From: Oligoflexales bacterium
GTDB taxonomy: Bacteria; Bdellovibrionota_B; Oligoflexia; Oligoflexales; RGVZ01
NCBI GenBank assembly: GCA_044236265.1
Contig: JBIIGV010000014.1
Coordinates: 1 to 39,795, forward strand
Length of the DNA stretch: 39,795 bases
Reading direction: 5' to 3'
Part shown: positions 1-7,564 of the stretch, one piece after another
Position numbering within the stretch: the stretch's first letter is position 1
Layout of the letters: each line of letters begins with the position of its first letter
Translations under genes and position numbers: made by a program
Notes under the pieces: generated by a model
The model's input: only the letters and a program-made list of their open reading frames with translations
Told to the model about the DNA's origin: nothing
Database searches by the model: none

Positions 1-187
1 GTACGCCTTTCTGAGGCGCCACAATATGACGATGTATAAGAGGATTACCCGGGATGATGAGCTTGCCCATCGGATAAGTCAGAACGTCAACGACAACATT
101 TGTGTCATATTCATGCAACGCTCGAATCACAGGCGTGGTCAGTAAAATATCGCCAAGCTGCCTTAGCTGAATCAGTAAAATCTTCAC
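1..187 (-). CDS. Glycosyltransferase family 9 (ADP-heptose:LPS heptosyltransferase-like), N-terminal part, truncated by window edge
   Basis: Not in the ORF track. Manual translation from GTG at 187 (GGAG upstream) gives (M)KILLIQLRQLGDILLTTPVIRALHE...DVLTYPMGKLIIPGNPLIHRHI, matching the GT9 N-terminal KILxIxLxxLGDxLLxTP...NP pattern. Confidence 0.85.
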   Translation of the reverse strand, partial: MKILLIQLRQLGDILLTTPVIRALHEYDTNVVVDVLTYPMGKLIIPGNPLIHRHIVAPQKGV

Positions 188-322
188 AAAACTCCCGCAA
201 TCCCTTGTCTAGCAAGCAAACCAACAGATAATCATAATAAGCTTTAAAATAAATTCATAAAAGGAAAACCCTAACTATGCGTAATTATTGGGCAGACATT
301 TATAACCCCATGAATTTGTTTG

Positions 323-351
323 TTGACTTTATATTAGTAAATCTCTAAACC
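323..351 (+). promoter_or_regulatory. Putative sigma70-type promoter for the gene at 484
   Basis: TTGACT-N17-TAAACC. Confidence 0.45.
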
Positions 352-364
352 TCTGCCCAGCTCA

Positions 365-468
365 TTGACCGGTCAGTCGGCCAACAAGTGAGGTCCCCTA
401 ATAGGGAACCTACCCTTCAAGACTATGCTCTTGAAAGGTTAACTAACTCGCCTCTAAGTCTGAGGCAA
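365..468 (-). ncRNA. Candidate structured RNA (four consecutive hairpins), probably on the minus strand; family unknown
   Basis: Stems at 365-384, 391-411, 412-439 and 448-468. Each has one C.A mismatch on the plus strand that is a G.U wobble on the minus strand. Confidence 0.35.
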
Positions 469-483
469 TATCGGGAGGAATGA

Positions 484-1158
484 ATGAAAGCATTCGCATT
501 ACTGGCATCCATCTCTATGGCAGCATCCAGCATGGTACTCGCTTCCAACGAAGCTGACACCATCACCATGCATCTTGAGGTTGTCGATACTCCTGCCGAC
601 GCATTCGCACTGATTGACCGCATCAACGTTTACCCGCAAGCTTCAGCATTCAGTGATGAAGTTGTTACACTCGACCAAATCATCAACCTAGGAAAGAAAA
701 CCTGGGAAGTGATCGCAGCTAACCGCCCTGTCGTCAATATCAAGTATAACTTTGCAAACGCCCTTCCACAGGGAATGACAACTAGCGCAGGGCTTGCTGG
801 TTTCTCTGACCTACAAAGCCAGAGCGTTCGCCTTTGGGGAACAAACGGTTTTGGGATGACTGTTTACGATGTCACGTTGACAGCGGTTCACCAGTTTGGT
901 GGAAACTATAATGGCAAGGGCAAATATCTTGAAACGGTCACCATTCTGCCTAGCAACGTAGAAGTTCTGTGGGGATACACCGTTAATTACAATGTTGATA
1001 ATGTCACTGTCCTCAACGGCGGTACATCGGACGATCCTGTTGCCATGATCGCTCTTCAAGCAAAATTCAAAGTTGAAACAGTTATCAAGCACTCTGAAAT
1101 GAACACTGTTTACCAGTTCCGTGGTGACTCCGCAAAAGTGAAGACCTCCGGTATCTAA
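484..1158 (+). CDS. Secreted hypothetical protein (signal peptide, amphipathic helix, beta-rich domain)
   Basis: 224-aa ORF with strong RBS GGAGG, Sec-type signal (MKAFALLASISMAASSMVLA) and a downstream terminator. Confidence 0.85.
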   Translation: MKAFALLASISMAASSMVLASNEADTITMHLEVVDTPADAFALIDRINVYPQASAFSDEVVTLDQIINLGKKTWEVIAANRPVVNIKYNFANALPQGMTTSAGLAGFSDLQSQSVRLWGTNGFGMTVYDVTLTAVHQFGGNYNGKGKYLETVTILPSNVEVLWGYTVNYNVDNVTVLNGGTSDDPVAMIALQAKFKVETVIKHSEMNTVYQFRGDSAKVKTSGI

Positions 1159-1178
1159 TTAGATTCTTTTTTTGAAAT

Positions 1179-1212
1179 AAAAAGCCCCTGGTCCAACGGC
1201 CGGGGGCTTTTT
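1179..1212. terminator. Bidirectional intrinsic terminator
   Basis: AAAAAGCCCCTGGTC-caac-GGCCGGGGGCTTTTT between convergent genes. Confidence 0.85.
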
Positions 1213-1232
1213 CTATGTGATGGCTGATGAAG

Positions 1233-1748
1233 TCATTTTTTTGAGGCAGCAGCCCTTAATTCGTCAAAAAGTGCCGCCGTCGAACCCGTTCCTTCTTTAA
1301 ACCCATCTTGAATCTTAAGGACCTTACCCTGAGCATCAACCACCAACGTCATCGGAAAACTCTCAACACCAAGCGTGTCTGCGAATTTGAACGACTCATC
1401 ATAGAAAAGATTTTCAACCATCGCTGATTGGCCTTTAAATTCGCGCGCCATCCAGTCTTTGGCCTTTGCTGACTCCTTATCCAAACTGACAAATACAACT
1501 GCGGCCGCATCAGGTTTTTTCTTCAACTCTTCGGCCATCTCCTTGAGCTCAACTTTGCAAGACTCACACCATGTAGCCCAGAAATTGATGAGTGTGGGCT
1601 TTCCGCTCCATGGCTGAGCCATGGTTCCGTCACCCGCCTTAACTGTAAGCTTCGGTAGCACATCGCCAACCTTCACTGCCAGCGCTGATTGCGAGATAAG
1701 CAAAGCCCCAATAGCACACCCAAAAATCTTGATTACGGCATTCATCAT
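1233..1748 (-). CDS. TlpA/ResA-family exported thiol:disulfide oxidoreductase
   Basis: LINFWATWCESC motif, cis-Pro loop (SFPMTLVVD), signal peptide ending QSALA. Start moved to ATG 1748, which follows GGAG. Confidence 0.9.
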   Translation of the reverse strand: MMNAVIKIFGCAIGALLISQSALAVKVGDVLPKLTVKAGDGTMAQPWSGKPTLINFWATWCESCKVELKEMAEELKKKPDAAAVVFVSLDKESAKAKDWMAREFKGQSAMVENLFYDESFKFADTLGVESFPMTLVVDAQGKVLKIQDGFKEGTGSTAALFDELRAAASKK

Positions 1749-1767
1749 CTTTTCTCCCAACAGATAA

Positions 1768-3483
1768 TCACTTTGAGTTTTGCTCAGTCTCAAAAAGTTT
1801 TTTTAGCGTATCGCGCGGACCATGCTCACCGGGCAAACTGCGCCAAGTGTTAACCACCTTGCCTTCAATATCGTAAAGAACTGTTCGCGGCTCACTCGAG
1901 CCAAAGCGTGCCCTGACCCATCCAGCGAACCACCCGAGAGGAGCAGGAGTGTCATAAGATGTCTCAAGCTCTACAGCAAGAGGCATCGTCCAACGACGCG
2001 CAATCCAACCATCAAAGTCATCGTTGCCACTCACCAAACCACGAAGATAATCCGCAGAAGAGAGGCCCGAGTCTGCACGTCCAGTTTCCAGTGCAAGGAC
2101 CTGGCAAAAATCAGGATGGGACTTGCAATACCTATACGCAGAGTCCTGCTCCCGATGCCATTCTTCGAGCTCGTCTGTGCAGCTGGAACACCAAGTATTC
2201 CAAAACATGATCATTGTGTATTTAGACTTAAACCGGAGACGATCAAATGCAGATCTTGTTGGAAGAATCTTATGAGCAGAAAAACCGTCCTCGTACATGA
2301 CACCAAATCTTGGTCCGGGTGTTCTTTGGGACAACCTGTTTTCTCGCATCTGTTGATCCAAATCCTCACCAATAGCCCCCTCTCGAGAAAAGACGAGACG
2401 ACCTTGGGCATCAAAAACCAAAGTTAAGGGACCTTTTACTTCTGGTAGCTTTAATCGACCAGGTCCCGCTGAATATGGTGCATAGCTCCAGGAGAAATGA
2501 TCAGCAAACACATCAAAAAACTCCCGGCCGCCTAACATCGTTTGATCCCACGCGCAGGCACGTTCATCATCAATAGAGAGCTCTCGCAGATCACAACTCG
2601 CCGAAAATCCAATGGAGCACCGCGCCTGCCACGACCTGACAGCTTGTCTAGCATCAACACACGCATCCTGCTCATCGCATCGACCTGAATAAACAAGCAC
2701 AGCACGTAACGCTCCATCTATCGGAGGGAGTTCCTGTCCCAGCAGAACTTCGCGGCGATCCCCGCAGGAGCGCACCGGAACTTGATCTAAACGGTTAGGT
2801 TGTTCCTTTGCAAGTAGTGGACGATTATCAGCCTGCTCATCATCTCCTGGTGGCATAGGTGGCTGAGGATTTGGAGGCAAGGCATTTGCATCAATTGTCG
2901 TGGCAATCTTTTGAATAATCTCAGTAGGTGTAAGCTTGTCTTTACTTGACACTCGCCAGAGCAATCCTTCACGAGAGAGCATGATAGTCAGCGGCACGCT
3001 AAAATCCATGCCCGATGGCTGAAAATACTTCATCATCATCTTATCTTTAACCGGAGCTGGGTCTGACCAAACCAAATGATTGAGGCCACTATCTTCGATA
3101 AGTGCAAGAAGCTCGTCACGGTCACTTGTTGGATCCGTCGTCACTCCAATCAGTTCAAATCGACCTTGAGCGCGTTCACCGAGAAGCCCGTAGCCATTGC
3201 CGACAAGATTGGCCTGAAAGTAGCGTGCCTTCTCCATGCATGCGCCACACGACTTGCTACCAAAGGTTAAGGCCAACCATTCAAGTCCGCGCTCGTCCAT
3301 ATAGGCGCCAACATTTACCGCAGCACCGTCGCTAAGCCTGGTTAGGTTGACCTGAGTGAGATCGATTTTCGTCTCGGCCCCAACGGGGCGCTTCAATGTA
3401 ACTTCCCTAGGAAGCTTTGCTGCACAAGAGGCCCACATCAAAACTGCCAGTAAAAATCCAGAGATCCTGAGAGTACTTTTCAT
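1768..3483 (-). CDS. Large lipoprotein with two or three thioredoxin-like domains
   Basis: Lipobox-like LMWASC. N-terminal domain SKSCGAC...SVPLTIML, C-terminal domain FWNTWCSSC...EPRTVLYD, Cys-rich degenerate middle domain ending GPLTLVFDAQG. Start at ATG 3483 after GGAGG. Confidence 0.75.
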   Translation of the reverse strand: MKSTLRISGFLLAVLMWASCAAKLPREVTLKRPVGAETKIDLTQVNLTRLSDGAAVNVGAYMDERGLEWLALTFGSKSCGACMEKARYFQANLVGNGYGLLGERAQGRFELIGVTTDPTSDRDELLALIEDSGLNHLVWSDPAPVKDKMMMKYFQPSGMDFSVPLTIMLSREGLLWRVSSKDKLTPTEIIQKIATTIDANALPPNPQPPMPPGDDEQADNRPLLAKEQPNRLDQVPVRSCGDRREVLLGQELPPIDGALRAVLVYSGRCDEQDACVDARQAVRSWQARCSIGFSASCDLRELSIDDERACAWDQTMLGGREFFDVFADHFSWSYAPYSAGPGRLKLPEVKGPLTLVFDAQGRLVFSREGAIGEDLDQQMRENRLSQRTPGPRFGVMYEDGFSAHKILPTRSAFDRLRFKSKYTMIMFWNTWCSSCTDELEEWHREQDSAYRYCKSHPDFCQVLALETGRADSGLSSADYLRGLVSGNDDFDGWIARRWTMPLAVELETSYDTPAPLGWFAGWVRARFGSSEPRTVLYDIEGKVVNTWRSLPGEHGPRDTLKKLFETEQNSK

Positions 3484-3488
3484 GGAAT

Positions 3489-3722
3489 TTAGCCTCCACA
3501 GGTTGGGCAAGATGTCGAAGACTGCGACCCCAATGAGGACAGCTTTTCCTTGGAGCGTTTAGATTGGCCAAATGGTCCTTTCAAACGCTCGACACTGGCG
3601 TCGTCCATCAAAGGATGGACTAAATATTCTTTTTCGTATGGTTTGATGGCACGGCAACCGGCTATTGCCGCAACAACACTTGCCATCACCACGATAAGCT
3701 TAACATGTCCTAAGTCCTTCAT
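3489..3722 (-). CDS. Small lipoprotein, DUF4266-like, ending CPTCGG
   Basis: 77 aa with lipobox IAGC, IKPYEKEYL..PLM (DUF4266-type VKPWE...L...M pattern) and a Ser/Gly-rich tail with terminal CxxC. Confidence 0.75.
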   Translation of the reverse strand: MKDLGHVKLIVVMASVVAAIAGCRAIKPYEKEYLVHPLMDDASVERLKGPFGQSKRSKEKLSSLGSQSSTSCPTCGG

Positions 3723-3743
3723 ACCGAAACCGCCAATTCATCC

Positions 3744-4760
3744 TTAAAATTTGACCCCGGCGCCCATTTCCACTGTAGTCGCAGATCCCGCGCTATTATG
3801 AACATAGCGCGTCATCGCCAGGTCCAGCGTCACTGGCTGCTGAAGTAATCCAACAACGTCTTTTGACAAAGCGCCCGAATAGCTATCCGCGCCAAAAACC
3901 AAGTGATCTTGATAGGCGCGCGTAAATTCATCTTCGCGAGCATAACGATAACCAAGGCGTCCGTGCAGCTGCCCTGGAAACGTTTGCAAATAAGCCAAGC
4001 TCCATTGGACCGCTGTAAGTTCACCAGTCGTCATATTTGTAGTTAGTTTTCCCAAATTTATCACTCGTCCTGCATCGGCATGCACCGCACAGGAACAGTC
4101 TGGAAAAAACTGTTTTAATCCAGCAGCGTAGGATTGAAGTGGTGGCCTATCAGTGCTAATTACAGACGCAACGTCGGCTGTGACGATTGTTGTGGGATTG
4201 AGAATGCTCTTAATTGATGTACCGTAAACCGTGGTCTCAAGCCTTGAGCTAGGAGTCAGTGTCACCGCATCCTTATCAAGGGGTGTTGATCCTGGCCTGG
4301 TCGTCGATAGTCTCTGAGCTGAAAACCCCACTCGCAATTGATCGCCAAAGAGCCATTGACCAAGGCTTCCACGAACCCCCTGGCTAACTGTCACCGAGTC
4401 GGATAAACGACTAGCCCCAACTGAGACCTCCGACCTCTTACCGTAAATCCAGTCGATTCCACCATCCATTGAACTATCTGTCTTGCGACCAGATGTAAAA
4501 TTTTTCTTGATGTAATCATTCTCTGTAACAGCTTGTCCTTCATAGGAAGCGAGCTCTGAACTTGCTGACATGTTAAAGGACGTTTGCAGGTTGCCAGACA
4601 TCGCCTGCGGAGCATCCACGCGACCTGAAACTTTTAAAAGTGAACGTGACTCCCCTTCAGACGATGTATAACGACCCATTCGCTGGGACACGTCACTTGC
4701 CTCTGCAGCGTCGATGAAGCTTATTGCCAATACTAAACACAACAAGAAATTTGCCGTCAT
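3744..4760 (-). CDS. Outer-membrane beta-barrel protein, DUF3570-like
   Basis: Signal peptide from ATG 4760, alternating beta-strand pattern, C-terminal Phe (EMGAGVKF), ILNPTTIV segment, and position upstream of the DUF4266-like and TlpA genes. Confidence 0.65.
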   Translation of the reverse strand: MTANFLLCLVLAISFIDAAEASDVSQRMGRYTSSEGESRSLLKVSGRVDAPQAMSGNLQTSFNMSASSELASYEGQAVTENDYIKKNFTSGRKTDSSMDGGIDWIYGKRSEVSVGASRLSDSVTVSQGVRGSLGQWLFGDQLRVGFSAQRLSTTRPGSTPLDKDAVTLTPSSRLETTVYGTSIKSILNPTTIVTADVASVISTDRPPLQSYAAGLKQFFPDCSCAVHADAGRVINLGKLTTNMTTGELTAVQWSLAYLQTFPGQLHGRLGYRYAREDEFTRAYQDHLVFGADSYSGALSKDVVGLLQQPVTLDLAMTRYVHNSAGSATTVEMGAGVKF

Positions 4761-5019
4761 AAATCCAACCCTGGTTTTTTCGGCTGTCACATAGAACGTT
4801 GGTCTTTGCTTAATTCTAAGGCAACAGTTTATACAAAAAAACAAAATGACGCAGGATATTTTTTTCATAACAAAAGATTATCTTGACCGAGATCAGAATC
4901 ATCCCGTAAGCTGACCGAGAGCAAAGATTTATAGTTTTGTATTAAGATGAGATAACAAACCCAAGGGCGGTGGTGTTAATCATCATCGCACGACGGTCCA
5001 AACGGCACGGTGATCAAGG

Positions 5020-5628
5020 ATGATTACAAACGTTTCGGCTCCATGCTTGCTTGTGGCTATGCCTAGCATGCTGGACAGCAATTTCTCACGAACTGTCATG
5101 CTTCTCGCTGAACACAACAGCGAGGGGGCGGTCGGTTTCGTGCTCAATCGTCCGAGCACCGTCCCTCTAAAGGCGATGATCAACGTGATTGACCGGGATG
5201 TCTCGCCTTCGATTCCAGCATGGTACGGCGGTCCTGTAGATACTGGTACAGCCATCATTCTCCACTCCAGAAAGCCGGCTGATGGTGACACCGAAGTTGG
5301 CCAGGACATTTATCTCAGCACGTCTGGACGCGTTCTTGACTCCCTGATTGATGAAAGCGAACAAACAATCAAAGAGCGAGCTCATGGTGAGCTCATTCAC
5401 GATATTCTAAATCCGTACCGTTTCTTGGTGGGATACGCTGGTTGGGGTCCAGGTCAGCTGGATGACGAGATTCGAGCCGGTGCTTGGCTTCTCCACCCGA
5501 TTGATCGCGAGCTAATTTTTAACACGCCGTGGTCAGAAATGTGGTCCAAGATTACTGAGGCCATGGGAATTGGGCGCGGGTCAGCAGCAACGGTTCCGCC
5601 TTTGGCCCAAAATCCTTACCTAAACTAA
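5020..5628 (+). CDS. yqgE: YqgE/AlgH family protein (UPF0301)
   Basis: LLVAMP..D.NFSRTV, EH..EGAVGFVLNRP, GGPV and GYAGWGPGQLDDEI..GAW motifs. Confidence 0.93.
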   Translation: MITNVSAPCLLVAMPSMLDSNFSRTVMLLAEHNSEGAVGFVLNRPSTVPLKAMINVIDRDVSPSIPAWYGGPVDTGTAIILHSRKPADGDTEVGQDIYLSTSGRVLDSLIDESEQTIKERAHGELIHDILNPYRFLVGYAGWGPGQLDDEIRAGAWLLHPIDRELIFNTPWSEMWSKITEAMGIGRGSAATVPPLAQNPYLN

Positions 5629-5808
5629 GAAATCCTCTCACGGGCAGCTAACACCTCTTAGATAATTCTCGAAGTCTGCAGATAAATCTCAATTTTATCG
5701 GCCTCTTACATTTTTTTCTCATAATTTTAAAGTTTCCTCCGAAGCCCCTGCAGCCCTGCGATGGGCCAACCGCGTGCGTTTTGCGCATGCACTTTTGGAG
5801 GAACCTCT

Positions 5809-7269
5809 ATGAATCGCAAGTCACAGGCCTTTTGGGCCCAGAGTTTGGTTAGGCATTTTATCTTATGCCTAGGTCTCACGGGTAGCTTCATGCTGTCGTC
5901 ATGTGGATCTGAGCCGGCAAGCCGACTCGGTAGTGATGACGCAGCAGGAGTTCATGGGCGAGACAAAATCGTAGAGCCCCCAAAAGCTTATTACGATTCA
6001 CTTCTAGCCGAACGCATGCAATTAGCTCAGTCAGGGGCGTTGTTTGCGCCGCAGCAGCAGGTGCTTTTCGTGAATTTTGCTGGAGCCTCCGTCAAGCAGG
6101 GCTACAGCAAGACGCAAAGTTTCTTACCTTGCAAGGACTCTGTAAGCATTCCTGCATCGGGTCTTTCGCTGCCTGATCAAGAAGCCGTTTTAAATAAAGT
6201 CGCTGAATACTTTTCAAATGCCGGCGTCAACTTAAAGGTCACGCCACAACTTCCGACGAGTGGCGACTTCACTACCGTCCATGTGGGAGGAAGCTACGCA
6301 AACCTTGGATGCCCAGGGGGCGCTTCGGTTGCAGGAATTGCACCATTTGACGTGGCAAACGCCAATCCCAACGACATCGCTTTCGTATTTATGGGAAGTC
6401 GAGACCTAGAAACTATTGCGCAAACAATTGCCCATGAAGCTGCGCATTCATTTGGTCTAGACCATACAGACAACAAAGCTGACATCATGTATCCGACATC
6501 GTCGTCACAAGTACTAGGCTTCGCAAAAGGTATCGCTTATTCAAGCGGACAACCCCAGGATGCCGCAGCCCTGTTGCAAGCAGCTTTAGGTCAAGGAGCA
6601 GCCACTATTAGTGGAAAACCAGTGCTGCCAACCTTGCCAGTACCAAGCATCGTCGCACCTTCAGCCCCAATTATCAAACCTTTGCCAAATCTTGCAGGAA
6701 TTCTTCCAAGCCTACCTGGCTTGGGTGCTCTTGGAGGATTTAACAACCTGCTGGGTAGTTTTCCTGGAACACTATTTACCGCTCTGAACTGCGTATTACC
6801 TGGAGTCCAGCCAAATATTTTCCAAGGCGGCTTATCCTTGCCGAATGCTCAAGGCGCGTTAAGCCTTCTGACGCTTCTGCAGAATGCGTCCATGGCTCAA
6901 AATGGAATGCAGCTAAATATGACCAATATTCTGACGCTGGTGATTGCTATCCAAACCATGAATGTGCCGCAGCTTGTGGCGATGGCAGGCATCGCAGTCA
7001 ACACAAATCAATGCCTGAACCAACTCATTCCGGTTAATATCAGCGGCATCACGACAACTCTGCCAGGACAGCTGCCAACGACAATCAATGTTGCGCAGAT
7101 CATGGGGATGACGAATATCTCTAATCCTGGTCAACTGATCTCCCTGTTGCCACAATATGCACAAGTCATCTCCGCAAACTCTCAGGGCGCAAATGCTCAA
7201 ATCTTGATGTCGATCGTGATGATGGCGATGGCGCAGCAATATAACGGATTAATTCCAATCGCCCCTTAA
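5809..7269 (+). CDS. Lipoprotein matrixin/M10-like zinc metalloprotease with an uncharged C-terminal domain
   Basis: Lipobox LSSC, zinc motif HEAAHSFGLDH, Met-turn DIMYP. Start at ATG 5809 after GGAGG. Confidence 0.85.
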   Translation: MNRKSQAFWAQSLVRHFILCLGLTGSFMLSSCGSEPASRLGSDDAAGVHGRDKIVEPPKAYYDSLLAERMQLAQSGALFAPQQQVLFVNFAGASVKQGYSKTQSFLPCKDSVSIPASGLSLPDQEAVLNKVAEYFSNAGVNLKVTPQLPTSGDFTTVHVGGSYANLGCPGGASVAGIAPFDVANANPNDIAFVFMGSRDLETIAQTIAHEAAHSFGLDHTDNKADIMYPTSSSQVLGFAKGIAYSSGQPQDAAALLQAALGQGAATISGKPVLPTLPVPSIVAPSAPIIKPLPNLAGILPSLPGLGALGGFNNLLGSFPGTLFTALNCVLPGVQPNIFQGGLSLPNAQGALSLLTLLQNASMAQNGMQLNMTNILTLVIAIQTMNVPQLVAMAGIAVNTNQCLNQLIPVNISGITTTLPGQLPTTINVAQIMGMTNISNPGQLISLLPQYAQVISANSQGANAQILMSIVMMAMAQQYNGLIPIAP

Positions 7270-7318
7270 CATTTCATTTCTGGCACATTCGATAAAACGG
7301 TAATAGCAATCTTTTTAA

Positions 7319-7356
7319 TAAGGCAACCTGCTCAAGAGACGGCGGGTTGCCTTTTT
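7319..7356 (+). terminator. Intrinsic terminator
   Basis: AAGGCAACCTGC...GCGGGTTGCCTT followed by a T run. Confidence 0.8.
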
Positions 7357-7389
7357 GGTTCAATTTCGAAAGCGCAAACCCCTCGTAAG

Positions 7390-7416
7390 TCAAACTTGGA
7401 AATTTAAATCCGAATA
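7390..7416 (+). promoter_or_regulatory. Putative sigma28/FliA-type promoter
   Basis: TCAAACTT-N11-TCCGAATA; the -10 is identical to that at 17193-17200. Confidence 0.45.
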
Positions 7417-7530
7417 AAAACTGCTTTGGAAAAATGCGCGTTTAGGGCTGCCCCCCCCCGTAAGATGCGTGAAATATGACTCTAAAAAAGCAGATAAAGC
7501 ACTGTTTTAATTGATGTTCATTCCGAGGAT

Positions 7531-7557
7531 TAAGTTATTTACTGTCTATGTCGACAT
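7531..7557 (+). promoter_or_regulatory. Putative sigma28/FliA-type promoter, possibly giving a leaderless transcript
   Basis: TAAG-N15-GTCGACAT, ending 7 nt before ATG 7565, which has no Shine-Dalgarno sequence. Confidence 0.35.
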
Positions 7558-7564
7558 CAACCTT

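Noticed and set aside
1768..1770. TGA stops in the redox operon as selenocysteine codons
   Set aside because: They are not at Cys-equivalent positions, read-through of the 1768-1770 stop is out of frame with the next gene, and no SECIS-like hairpin is evident
1822..2427. 201-aa plus-strand ORF and the many other short ORFs in the track overlapping called genes
   Set aside because: They are antisense or out-of-frame shadows of genes with clear family motifs, and have no RBS or recognisable motifs
3865..3890. DSYSGAL in the beta-barrel as an ApbE flavinylation site
   Set aside because: The motif needs a terminal Ser/Thr acceptor (DxxSGAS/T). Here it is Leu, and it lies in a predicted barrel strand
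4776..4802. Additional sigma28-like candidates (GCCGAAAA before the redox operon; also near 26737-26763 and 30410-30437 on the minus strand)
   Set aside because: Only one element matches well or the spacing is off, so they are too weak to include
7365..7400. GCAAACC segment as a c-di-GMP-I riboswitch
   Set aside because: The downstream GNRA hairpin, GACGCAAAG and second-stem elements are missing
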